This document shows, in pieces, positions 1-11,824 of a stretch of 43,148 nt of DNA. Source of the DNA: Octopus sinensis (lineage: Eukaryota); contig NW_021835080.1 of NCBI RefSeq assembly GCF_006345805.1, forward strand, positions 1-43,148, written 5' to 3'. Position 1 is the first letter of the stretch, and every line of letters starts with the position of its first letter. The position numbers and the translations under genes were made by a program. The notes beneath the pieces were generated by a model. That model searched no databases. It was not told the origin of the DNA and saw only the letters and a program-made list of their open reading frames with translations.

Positions 1-1721
1 CGCCAGCGCTGTCACTCTCTCTCCTCCCTTCCTTTCAATTTCTCTCTATTACGTCATTTGATAGCGTCTACTATCTTCCTTCGCCGGCGCTGTCACTCTC
101 TCTCTCTCTCTACGTCTGTCTGCATTCATAAAGAGAATTATCATCGCCACAACAACCACACAATCATGAGAATCTTTCTCTTAAACAAATCATCTTTAGG
201 TTTCAAAATATTACATTTTTCAGTCCTCTCTTTCATATATCACTTTTTCTTCCTCGATCTTTCTCTTTTCCCCCTTCTCTCCATTTTCTCTCTCTATATA
301 TAGACGTTTGGCACCTCCGCATTCTCTCTTTCTTCTCCAACGCGTCTCTCAATGACAGCTGCAAAAGTTTAAATAATCCTATCACAGGTCTTCCAGAAAT
401 GTAACCGATATTATTTATTTTTGCGTGGATAAAAATAATTTATTTGTATGCTCAAGCCGAAAGTCCTTAAAAATTTTCTTTGTGTAAATTTCAAAAATTT
501 TGCAGTTGTGAAATATTTACATCTTAACTATATTATTCGTTTTCTCATTCTAAACCAAATCAACTTTAGGTTTCCAAATATTTCTTTTTTGAGATTTGCC
601 TCTCAATATGCCTACGCGTAAGCGCTCCAACTTATGAGACCACCGAGCTAGAGTGAGGAAATTGAAAAAGAGGATGGCACATGCTCGGGTAATTTTCTGA
701 TTACTAAATAACCTTTTTACCTAAAAGAAAAATATTTATAATTCGTTTGCCTTCTGTTGATAACTTTCTGTTTTTAAGATTTATTTTTTAACATTTTAGT
801 TTACTGAAAATATTAAAATCCTTAACATAATCCCTCATTTGCTGTCTTCCATTTCTCTAAGCTATACTTAGAGCACATTTTATCCATGCTTTAACTGTCC
901 ATTACAAAAAGTAAGTATTCATATTTTATAACTTAAATGTAAATGCGCTCTTCGTTCTTTTAATCTTTACTGAGAAAAACTGACCATATACACCCCTATT
1001 ATATATAACGCCGTTTCACAGAGTCCTATATCTTAACCCCTCCCCGCCTTTGACAGCGCTTTCACACAATCTTTCTCTACGTATGTCTGCATTCATAGAG
1101 AGAATTATCATTGCTACGACCACCACACAATCATGAGAACAAATATTATGAATCAGATATTTATTGGGTTAATTTTTATATGTGGGTGTGTGTATGTTCT
1201 ATATAAAAATATGTATATATAATGTATATATAATGTATATACAAAGTGTATATACAAAATTTTACACCAGTCGTTAACCTGCTACTACGTTGCTGTCCGT
1301 CGTTAAGAAATGCCAGCCAGAGTGACTCTACTATCCTCAGATTCTATCCCTTCAAACTTTGGTTGGCGATAATTTTTAATTATTATTCAGTCACAAGTTC
1401 GTCTGTCCTTTTAAATGTTAGTGTTTAGCTGTCTGCCCTGAAGCTGATGTTTCCGTGTCACTGACTGATTTTTATGATTGATCTTTCAAAATATTTTGTT
1501 CTCAACTTACTCAAGATCTTTTGTTGTTTATAATGGAGAGAGATCGATAGAGAAAGATAGAGAGTAAAGAAAGCGAGGGAGAATCCGAGAGAAAGTAGAA
1601 TGCAGAGAGTGGGAAAGTAAAGAGAGAAAAAAGAGGGAGAATGTGGTGATAAATAAGGAAGGGAAGCAACCAAAAGTAGCAAACACATTACCCACGCGTA
1701 GTTCGTATCGACTTAAGCTAG
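1..1721. mobile_element. Degenerate non-autonomous repeat fragments, possibly Helitron/HINE-like
   Basis: Internal repeat (83-180 resembles 1050-1140: ctacgtctgtctgcattcataaagagaattatc...cacacaatcatgagaa) and GACAG/GGACAG motifs on the minus strand at 1290-1440. The segment ends in CTAG (1718-1721) directly before (TA)n, like a Helitron 3' end. Family assignment is inference. Confidence 0.3.
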
Positions 1722-1735
1722 TATATATCTATATA

Positions 1736-1790
<55 letters not shown>

Positions 1791-2208
1791 CGTATTATAT
1801 GTATATATATATATATATTATATAATATATATATATATATATATATAATTATTAATATATGGATCTATATATATGTATATATATATATGTATGAAAATCC
1901 TAAATATACAGAAGCAAAAAATATAATAATACTTCAATAATTAAATACTTTAAAATTAATATAATATACAAAGCGATTATAAATCCTTAATTTGTATCAA
2001 AATAAGAAATAGACAACTCCTTAAATAAGCTAACCTATAATAAATATATGTGTGGGTATCAATAGACTTTGTAGAACAATATATACACAAAACTGACTAA
2101 ATATCAATATATTTATCTATTACTTAAATTTAGTATTACAAATACATATCCACTAGATATCCATATATAATATAATATTTCAAATATAATATATATATAT
2201 ATATTATA

Positions 2209-2245
<37 letters not shown>
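1722..2245. repeat. Interrupted (TA)n microsatellite arrays
   Basis: Direct reading; (TA)n at ~1722-1890 and ~2170-2245. Explains the IYIY ORFs. Confidence 0.9.
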
Positions 2246-2249
<4 letters not shown>

Positions 2250-4115
2250 TTTGGGCCTCATATGTTGCAGTCTTTAGGGAGGGTTGAATGGTAGGATATA
2301 TGCAGCTGTGAATTAATTTGACGTTAGTTGGCAGTTTGTTGTAGTTTGGATTTTGTTAGTGATGGTAATAATTTATAATGATATAAATAACGTTAATTAT
2401 TATTTTAATTAATATAATTTTAATGATAATAATATTTATAATCGCGTATGGCTTGTTATAGGATCCGGGTAATGATGATGAACAAGTAATTCTTAATGTA
2501 CTATTTTACTATTAGTACTTTTATTAATTTTATTTGATTCATGAAGTTTAGATAATTCCCGTATTCCATTAATAATTTTTTTTTAGCCTTTTTCATTAAT
2601 AGTTATGTTCTATTTTTCCTTGCAACGTCTCCACGAGTTCTTATAGACGCTAAGAATTATTCTTTACGTTTATAATCTAGTGATTTTCTGAAATTAACTC
2701 AGTAATGTTATTTTTTTCGTTTGAATTTATGTTCTTTTAGGCGGGTGTCAATGTTTAACTAGTATTAATTTTATTATTGATATAATAATAGGTGTTTGTT
2801 ATATTTATTTAGGTGTGTTTATATTAGTTTCTCCATAAGTTGTGATTTTCTCAAATTGTTTAGAACATGGGACTAAGGTTTCCCGTGTTTTTGTATTTTT
2901 CATTGAAAATAATTTCGCCATGTTCAGTGAATATATATTGTATTCCACGCAAAAAACTTTATAAACGATTTTTACGTATTTTTCATTGTTAAAAGTTTGG
3001 CCACGTTCATTGTGGATTTATTCAACTTCTTTGCACAATGTATCCAAGCGATTATTTATAAACGCGTTAACTATTTATTTCTTTTAAAAATCAGTTACTC
3101 TTCATTCCCCGCTAACGCTAAGTCTGATTTTTATAGTTTCCCTATTTCATTTGAATATTGAAACGTTGTGTGTTTGAAATTATTATTTTTGTTGATATTA
3201 TTATTGTTTGATGTAATATTTCTATTTATTTGTAGTTTTTTTATAGTATTTTTTACGTCCGATGTTTAATTGTTATAAAAGATGTTACGTTTACATATTA
3301 TTTAATTTGAGAATTATGTTGTTAGACTATGTGTCTTATAATAATTAGATAATACTTTCATTAAATAATATTATTTAAAATAAATAGTTTTATTTTAATA
3401 TAACATATATGTATAACTTTTTATCGTGTGATATATTAAACCTATAGATATTGTACATAGATATTAATATAACGAGGTTTATATAATGGATTTGAGTTTA
3501 TTTTTAATATTTCAAATTTTGATTGTATTTTTCATGAATGGAATCGATTGAGTTGATCAATTAGAAGTTTATCATTTTAAAAGTAGATAGATTAACAGAA
3601 TCGTTGGACTAGTAATTTACTTCGATTATGAATATTAGTTAGTTCTTGCTATGATTTCGACTATGATAGTTTTTATTATGTTCTTATTATTCATTGTTTG
3701 TAGAGGACTGTTGATTGTGATTGTACCTCTTCATAGTGTATTGTTCTTTGGTTCTAATATTTTAGCAACTCTCTTTAATTTGGTTTGATAGGTTTTTACT
3801 TTCCATTAACATATTATTATCGATATTATTATATATATATATTATAATATATTTTATAATATATTGATATACAGGTGGATTATGAATTTGTAATACAAAA
3901 TTTAAGTTAATTAGGTATTATATTATTGATATTTAGTTAGTCAGTTTTGTTGTAGATTGATATATAAAATCTATAGATACTACACAAGTATATTTATTAT
4001 ATGGTTCATTATTTAAAGAGATTGTCTATATTTGAAACGTTTTTATTGATTACAATTTAATGACTTATAAGAGCTTTTTGTATTTTTAAAATTTTAAAGC
4101 TTTTAATTATTGAAT
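1930..4115 (-). mobile_element. Very decayed AT-rich element bounded by a diverged ~240-bp inverted repeat; possible Penelope-like remnant
   Basis: The reverse complement of ~1930-2165 aligns with ~3870-4115 (e.g. tttgtaatac.aaatttaag...gatatttagt(tagt)cagttttg). Minus-strand peptide scraps (IPFMKNTIKI; DTRLKEHK) loosely resemble the PLE linker and GIY-YIG domain. The inverted repeat is seen; the PLE call is weak. Confidence 0.3.
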
Positions 4116-4147
4116 TATTATTTTTTCACTTTGTATATCAAGATGTT

Positions 4148-4226
4148 CATATATATATATATATATATATATTATTATATATATATATGTATATATGTAT
4201 ATATATATTATATGTATATATATATG

Positions 4227-4301
<75 letters not shown>

Positions 4302-4351
4302 ACACACACATACGCACGCAACACACACACACATAAATAATATATTAAATA

Positions 4352-4396
<45 letters not shown>

Positions 4397-4400
4397 GTAT
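4148..4400. repeat. (TA)n/(CA)n microsatellite
   Basis: Direct reading. Confidence 0.9.
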
Positions 4401-4558
4401 TATAATATACACGTACAAACGCACAGACACATATTATGTCTAATAATAGAAAGAGCTAGGCATCATATCACAAAATATAGGAAAAGTTCAAGTATTATTA
4501 ATTACAAAATTTATGTAGAAAAATATGAGAAATAATCGTTGAAAACAAGCATAGTTAC

Positions 4559-4625
4559 TCGCAATAGTGACGATCCGGGCTTCTTACAGGATATTTTTTG
4601 ATGGAATCAGGACATATTGTTACCG
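4559..4625 (-). CDS. Candidate downstream coding exon of the putative secreted-protein gene (AVTICPDSIKKYP[VRSPDRHYC...])
   Basis: Acceptor tctgctatatttcAG (AG at 4627-4626). Joined in phase 1 to the 15102 exon it reads open: A-V-T-I-C-P-D-S-I-K-K-Y-P. Two possible donors: CCT|GTAAGA (exon ends 4588) or CGA|GTAACT (exon ends 4559). No homology evidence; part of it (cctgtaagaagcccgga) also resembles the neighbouring hammerhead repeat. Confidence 0.3.
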
Positions 4626-4734
4626 CTGAAATATAGCAGAATTTTGCTGCGACATGACCTTGAAATCGAAGAACATTTTGTGAATCATATTACTTATATC
4701 AGTACACTTCTTTAATCTTCATTATTAATATATT

Positions 4735-4855
4735 TGACAGATATTGTCTTCATTCTTCTGTATTATTAAACACAACGATCGGCTGATATACACTCCGGGC
4801 TTCATCTGGTTTGTGGGGCAATGTCGAAACTTATTTTCTCATTCCCAAGGTAGTG
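4735..4855 (-). repeat. Interspersed repeat carrying a degenerate hammerhead-like motif
   Basis: The minus strand reads ...cCAGATGAaGCCCGgagtgtatatCAGCCGATCGttgtg..., a decayed CUGANGA / stem II / GAAA layout. The flanks align with the plus-strand copy at 5170-5265. Confidence 0.5.
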
Positions 4856-4887
4856 TACGATGTAGTTATTGTCGTTGTTGTTGCTAC

Positions 4888-4932
4888 TATTATTATTTTT
4901 ATATTATTATTTTATTAGTATTATTATTATTA

Positions 4933-4976
<44 letters not shown>

Positions 4977-5060
4977 GTATATTATTATTATTATTATTAT
5001 GATATTATTATTATATTATTATTATCATCATTATTGTTATTATTATATTATTATTATCAT
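4888..5060. repeat. (ATT)n microsatellite
   Basis: Direct reading. Confidence 0.9.
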
Positions 5061-5094
5061 TTTTTTTCACTGTCTAGAATCAACCGCGAAATTA

Positions 5095-5270
5095 GTTTTA
5101 GTAGCCCGCGATCTTAACCGAAATATTCCGAGTTCGATTCCAGGCACTGACTAAAATAGTAACAATAAAATACGTTAGGAACGAGAAACAAGGTTCGAAT
5201 TTTCCCGAGATACCTAGTTGTGTTAACAACATACAAGCTGCAGACAAATATCCGTGAAAAGTAAATGATA
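5095..5270 (+). mobile_element. tRNA-derived SINE-like element; tail homologous to 4735-4855 but lacking the hammerhead core
   Basis: Pol III B-box-like GAGTTCGATTCC at 5130-5141. The tail (aggaacgagaaacaaggttcgaattttccc...gttgtgttaacaac...gacaaatatccgt) matches the inverted copy at 4735-4855 except for a ~30-nt gap. Confidence 0.55.
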
Positions 5271-5289
5271 TGAATAATGGTTATAATTC

Positions 5290-5332
<43 letters not shown>

Positions 5333-5778
5333 TTATATATATATATTATATCATTATATATATATATATATATATAGTATATATTTTAATATATATAATT
5401 ATATATATATATATACTTATTATATATATATATTATATATCATAATATATATATATATATATATATATCATTATATAATATATATATTATATTATATATA
5501 TATATATCATATATATATATATATATCATTATATACATAATATTATATATATATAAATTATATATATATATATATATTATATATATATAATTATATTTAT
5601 ATATATATAAATATATTTTTATATAATATAATATTATATATATATAATATATCTATATATATTATATATATATAATTTTCTAATATATATAATACATTCC
5701 TGAAGATTTCTCTTGAATGAAACAGTTCTAGTCCTGTAGAAGCTCCTTCTATATAAAAATTAATATATATATAGATAT

Positions 5779-5874
<96 letters not shown>

Positions 5875-5875
5875 C
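5290..5875. repeat. Compound (TA)n and (TAA)n microsatellite
   Basis: Direct reading; a short unique segment lies at ~5690-5760. Confidence 0.9.
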
Positions 5876-6107
5876 CCAACAAAGGATGAAATTAATTAAG
5901 AAGTAATCAATAATTTCACCAAGTGGAATTCGGCATGAAAAAGACCATGTCCTGGTAAGTTTAAGTAAAACTATATAATTAGGGTTCAGCAATGATTTGC
6001 TTCACCACACACCGAGTTTAGAAATAGCAGTCAAAAAATCTTATCTATTCCTTCTACTTTAAAGGGAGTTGCCAGAAAACCCAAAGCAAAATTGAAAACA
6101 ACACGCA

Positions 6108-6940
6108 TAACGAGGGCATTCGTATCATAACTGCGAATGTAATATAGACTGAACCACACGTGTGGTTGGCTTTATGTTAAAACCTTGCCTGCGGTTCTGT
6201 AAATTGTATTCACGACAAATTCTACTGAAGAGCTGCAGATCTATTATGTTAGAAACATTGCATAATCCATTAACAGCGAAACAATTGTCTAGAATAATCT
6301 ACATTTTTGATATTTATTTATTTCTCCTGCTCGTTTACGTTCATAGTTGTGCTAATTCTCCTTGGGAACACTTCTTGGGTGTTGAGACCATTGCGTATCT
6401 ATTTTTAACGCAAGAGCGACTACATAGTGGACAATCTCTTATATTGTGTATTTATTTTAGTGTAACCCAGGTTTTTATGCGCTAAACCACTTAGTGTTAA
6501 ATTGATGTATTATAAGTTAATATCAAATTTTTTCAACCTTATTATTGATGTTAATTATACTGCAGTAAATTATTTATGCAGCATTTTTTCTGTGTATTTT
6601 GGCGCTCTACAACGAGGGCATTCGAATCATAACTGCGAATATAATAGACTGAACCACACGTGTGTTGGCTTTATGTTAAAACCTGGCGTGCGGTTCAGTA
6701 AATTGTACTCATGCAAATTCTACTGAGGGCTGCAGATCTATGATGTAAGAAACATTGCATAATCCAGTAATAGCGAAACAATTGTCTAGAATTACCTACA
6801 GTTTTGTTATTTTCATTTGTCCTGCTCGTTTACCTCCACAGTTGTGCTAACTCTGCTTGGGAACGACTCTTGGTGGTTGAGACCAGTGCGGAACTATTTT
6901 TAGCGCAAAAGCGTCCACATGGTTGACACACTCTTATATT

Positions 6941-6945
<5 letters not shown>
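6108..6945. repeat. Diverged tandem duplication of a ~340-bp unit (6108-6450 and 6609-6945, period ~500 bp)
   Basis: Both units begin acgagggcattcg.atcataactgcgaat and align throughout, at roughly 80% identity by eye. Family unknown. Confidence 0.85.
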
Positions 6946-7003
<58 letters not shown>

Positions 7004-7067
7004 AGCTATTATTATTATTATAATATAACTATATTATTACTATATTATTATATGATTATCATCATCA

Positions 7068-7102
<35 letters not shown>

Positions 7103-7106
7103 TATT

Positions 7107-7335
7107 CTAGTTTGACTTTTGCTTTATATTTGTACAAGTTGGCTCCAAGTCTCACCCAGAGACCTCAAGAGACAACAGGTTGGAAGTTCATGTTGTTGTT
7201 ATGCCTAGTGTGCCATATATTTGGGGGGTGGGGATGTTGTACTAATGAATGTCTAAAAAAAAAGTTTTTTTTTTTTTTTTTTTTAAACCGAAAATTATGG
7301 TTGTTTTAAACCTTGAGGTTAAGAGAGTATTTTGC

Positions 7336-7338
<3 letters not shown>
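7107..7338 (-). mobile_element. Dong/R4-clade LINE, 3'-UTR-only copy between (ATT)n arrays
   Basis: Near-identical to the 3' ends at 7514-7700 and 28316-28530 (gtacaagttggctccaagtctcacccagagacctcaagagacaacagg). Confidence 0.85.
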
Positions 7339-7376
<38 letters not shown>

Positions 7377-7431
7377 ATCATTATTATTATTATTATCATC
7401 ATTATTAGTATTATTATTATTATTATTATTA

Positions 7432-7481
<50 letters not shown>

Positions 7482-7513
7482 TATTATTATTGTCGTTATT
7501 ATTATTATTATAC

Positions 7514-8345
7514 GATGTTTGATATTTGTTTTATATTTGTACAAGTTGGCTCCAAGTTCTACTAGAGACCTCAAGAGACAACAGGTGGGAAGTTCATGTT
7601 CTTCTTATGCCTAGTGTGCCATATATTTGTTTTATTTTCTTTCTGTGTTTTACTAGTGACTGTCTAAAAAAAACAAGAATTTTGTTGTTTTAAACCTTGA
7701 GATTACATATAAAATATTATGCGTAGGATATGAGCAGTTCCCATGAGCACTATCTTTTGAATTTCTGCCATTTTGGGGTTCCCTGGTATCTGAGTTAGGT
7801 AGCAATCAGTCCCTTTCGCTATCATTCCCAGGGCACCTATGGTGACAGGTATTGTTTTAGTCTTCAGGTTCCACATTTTGCTGATTTCTATTTCAAGATC
7901 TTTATATTTGCTCAGTTTTTTGTAGGTCTTGACTGATACGTTTATATCGATTGGGACAGTCTTATCATTGAGGAGGCATGTTCTTTGTCTGAAGTCTCTA
8001 AATATGATGTCTGGCATAATTGCATCTATCTTTCTGTCAGTTTGAATGGTGAAGTTCCAGAGGATTAAGATGTGGTCATTTTCTAGGAATGGGGTGGTTT
8101 GTGTTCCCACCAGTGTTTTATATATAGTTGATAAGCAGGTTATGGGTCTATAGTTTTTGGGTTCATTTGTTTCTTCACTTTTTGGAAGCAGGAATGTTAA
8201 CTTATTAACTAGCCAAGGTGGCATCCTACTAGGTTGTTGCAAAACATCATTGTAAAGTTCTGTTAGCAGTTCATGGCTCTCTGGGAAGGCATTCAGCCAG
8301 AAGTTAGGGATTTTATCCTTTCCTGGAGACTTCCATTTGCTTATT
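7514..8345 (-). mobile_element. Dong/R4-clade LINE, 5'-truncated and internally deleted (early RT fused to REL endonuclease)
   Basis: ORF 7703-8368: WKSPGKDKIPNFW...PKNYRPITCLSTIYK (RT N-terminal subdomains) joined to TDRKIDAIMPDII...IDKTVPID...KYKDL (PD..D REL nuclease). Flanked by (ATT)n on both sides. Confidence 0.88.
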
Positions 8346-8360
8346 ATTTTTATTAATATT

Positions 8361-8391
<31 letters not shown>

Positions 8392-8406
8392 TATTATTAT
8401 TTTAAA

Positions 8407-8444
<38 letters not shown>

Positions 8445-8452
8445 TATTATTA

Positions 8453-8507
<55 letters not shown>

Positions 8508-8766
8508 ATCAGTATTATAATCGAGAAAAAAACAGAAATATCCAATTGTTAGGAATTAAGTTATTAATTAATTAGCAACTTCATTAATTAGATATCGATT
8601 ATTATACATTAGAATATTCTGTTTGAGTAGATAATACTGCTTGACTGGTTTCGATATTTTTTCTTATATATTCATTGAGGAATATCTCTAGAAAATATGA
8701 TATATTGAACCACTTTATCTTGATTAATACATTATGAGGTTAAAATATCCTCCTTGTTACTATGTA

Positions 8767-8810
<44 letters not shown>

Positions 8811-8813
8811 TAT

Positions 8814-8861
<48 letters not shown>

Positions 8862-8891
8862 ATATCCATATACACATAGCCATATATATTC

Positions 8892-8929
<38 letters not shown>

Positions 8930-8933
8930 TTTT

Positions 8934-8991
<58 letters not shown>

Positions 8992-8995
8992 GTTT

Positions 8996-9035
<40 letters not shown>

Positions 9036-9060
9036 TATATATATATATATACGTATATAT
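8345..9060. repeat. (ATT)n (8345-8520) and (TA)n (8760-9060) arrays around a short segment with a decayed hammerhead-like motif
   Basis: The minus strand at ~8643-8680 reads CCTCAATGAatat...atatCGAAACCAGTC, close to the CTGATGA...GAAACCGGTC minimal type I hammerhead pattern. Confidence 0.6.
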
Positions 9061-9061
9061 A

Positions 9062-9420
9062 TAGATTCAAAATTAATATGGTATTTAATTTTGATACAAC
9101 AGAATTTGTTTATGGGGTTACCCATAAATTATATGGGGTGGTTTTAACCAAAAAATAAGCAACAAGAATTGATAGGTAGTTCAGTACAATTGTTTCATAC
9201 TATAACAATTTATTAAAGCTGCAAATATTACAGCAAATATAAAGTTAAAAATCTTCAGCTAAATTTCATATATGTTTTCCAAACCTCTTAGAGAGTGTAA
9301 TATACTTACAACGTTATTAATGTGAGCTCAAGGAACTTGAAGCAAGATTCCAAGCAGACCATATATGTTTTCCAATAATACAAAGTTCTTTAATTAATTA
9401 GTGACATCCAAGTGAAGGTA
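9062..9420 (+). mobile_element. Inverted fragment of the Penelope-like RT region
   Basis: 9145-9420 is the reverse complement of ~11430-11713, about 80-85% identical by eye. Confidence 0.75.
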
Positions 9421-11713
9421 AATATACTCATAAAGATGTGGATATAAATTTCAGGAAACATGAAGAAAGATGCCAATCAGGCCATGATTTTGTTCGCATC
9501 CAACTGTTGTAAACAAATTTCTATAGTAGTAGGAATAATAGCGGGGTAGGTCAAGGAAACTGACTAGCTAGAGAAAAGAACAGAAGGAGAAAAATATATA
9601 AGGGTGTGTAAAAGAAACATAGATACTAAAAAGAAAGGTCAGTCTATTTCTATGGTGACAGAAAATCTAGGTCAATGTGGAAGGAATCTTAAATTCTTAT
9701 GAGAACTGTAAGGTTGACCACCCCTAGCTTTCAACTGAAAGCCATCAGAATTAATAGTGGGAGATCAAAGGAAAACACTATAGGGGCCATTGGTTATCGG
9801 TAGAGAAAGATACAGTAAGAAAATTAAGGTTAACACTAGAATAGAAGTCTATTCATTTATTTTTGTTTATATTTCAACATTTATTTTTATATGGTAAGAT
9901 AGAATTTAGGTCAACAATCTAGAGGTCAATTGAAATCAATAGCAAATGGTAGGGGAAGTGTACCTATTCAAATTTATAGTGAAAATCAATGTATAACTAA
10001 GGGAATAGAATTACATGCTAAATTTCAAATAGAATTTGCAGAATTAGTAATTTTTTAATTTAAGTTAGGTTAATTAAGTTGACTATAATATCAATTAAAA
10101 ATTAGCATAGTACATTTACTATTTATTTTCATATTAAAAAGATACAGTTAGAAACAGCAACAATAAGAGAACCTACAAATTTATATTTAAAATATTTTAA
10201 AGTTTTGATTTTTGAATGAATACAAGACAAAAACCCGATTCTATACGATTATTTAGTAGATTTTTATTTTGTTCTATATTTTAAAATTTCATAGGTCTCC
10301 ATAGAACAGAGTTGACAGCCAACCTTATTATTTCTATAAGGTATTGCCCTTCTAACTATTTCCAATTTTAGGTTATATTTAATATTATTGTATACATGTG
10401 TACATTTGATTCCCAAATTTTACTGGAAAGTGTAGTGCAACCTGCTTTATGATCTAATCGGAAAGAGGAAAGATGATTGTTAATTCTCTGTTTAAAATTA
10501 ATAGTACAAACTAGGTAGAAAAAGTTATTATTAGAAGTTGTTATAGTATATTTATAGATTACATTTTGGACACAGAACAACGACCAGATGCCGGACAATT
10601 TGACCTAATCCTACAATTGCAAATAGGGGGATAATTTTCAAATTTAGAATTATTTAAGGACAGATCTCTCACATTGCTGCTATTATTTTCATTATATGGT
10701 AATATTGTTATCCAAAGTAGGGTTACTATTCATTGATCCATTTACACTATCATTTAGATCCACCATGACAATATCTCTATTATCTACATTATTGATATTG
10801 CTATTATTATTATTAATATTTATATCCAAGTAATTATTTCTGCTATAGATATAATTGTTATCATTATTTTCGGTATTATTTCTATTTATATTATCCATTT
10901 TTTATTAATATAATTATTTCTATTAATGTTACTGATATTATTGTTGTTGATGTTGCTCTCATTTTGATAATTCTTATTATTCTTATTATTGATATTATTA
11001 TTACAATTATTATTGGTATTCATGTTCATACTAATCTTACTACTCCTGGCTAACTTAATGTTTTTACTATTAATTCTAGCTATTATAGTGGACATATTTC
11101 GGAGGGTTGAATAAGAAATCCTAACTGTTCTCTTAGAAATTGTTCTATGATATTTATGAGAGGGAGGTGGCAAAATATTTTCTAGTATAGATTTGAATCT
11201 ACTGTATATATTCGATAAAACCGCTTAGTTGAAAGGAATATTTAGACAGATGATATTGTTTTTTATATTTTCTTAAATTAGAGTTAGGGTGAGATGTATT
11301 ATTACTGATCTCATCAGAGTTATTAATCGTATTTCTTTTGTTTGTATGTTTTTTAGATTTATCTAGATTGGTTTTTCAAAGTTACTTATGCACTGGTCAG
11401 TATTTTTATTCATATGATTTGGTTTGTACACTAGATACCTTCTCTGGGATGTCACCAATTAAATTAAGAACTTTGTATTGTTGGAAAGCATACATGGTCT
11501 GCTTGGAATCTTCCTTCAAGTTCCTTGAGCACACATCTATAACTTTATAAGTATATTTATACTCTCTAACATGTTTGGAAAACCTATATGAAATTTAGCT
11601 GAAGATTACTTAACATTATATTTACTGTAATATTTGCAGCTTTAATAAATTGTTATAGTAGGAAACAATTGTACTAAACTATCGATCCATTCTTGTTGCT
11701 TATTTTTTGGTTA
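9421..11713 (-). mobile_element. Penelope-like element (C-terminal GIY-YIG type), 5'-truncated: RT thumb, Asn-rich linker, endonuclease, 3' UTR
   Basis: Minus-strand peptides: LPPPSHKYHRTISKRTVRISYSTLRNM (PLE HKIFNRNTVKISYSC-type motif), CNCRIRSNCPASGRCSVQNVIYK, NFKQRINNHLSSFR (GIY-YIG R..H), GCQLC and SCIH near the end. The 3' UTR carries CTGATG-GCTTTC-AGTT-GAAAGC at 9748-9727. Multiple stops and frameshifts. Confidence 0.8.
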
Positions 11714-11741
11714 TATATATATATATTTTTTATATATATAT

Positions 11742-11798
<57 letters not shown>

Positions 11799-11824
11799 AA
11801 CACACATATTTATTTTTTATTTTA

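Noticed and set aside
4741-4849. Apparent plus-strand exon (tttgacAG ... cccaag|GTAGTG)
   Set aside because: Better explained as the minus-strand copy of the repeat also present at 5170-5265.
5705-5740. CTGAAGA...GAAAC hammerhead-like spacing
   Set aside because: Stems I and III cannot be formed convincingly.
5875-5960. Plus-strand consensus donor CTG|GTAAGT at ~5951
   Set aside because: No convincing acceptor or open frame upstream; directly preceded by (TAA)n and probably repeat-derived.
1643-9125. Many ORFs of IYIY, poly-L, poly-I or poly-Y composition
   Set aside because: Read-through of (TA)n and (ATT)n microsatellites; no coding signal.
9145-11713. Possible DNA transposon with 280-bp TIRs
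   Set aside because: The arms translate as Penelope-like RT thumb contiguous with the minus-strand ORF, and the left arm extends further, so this is an inverted retroelement fragment.
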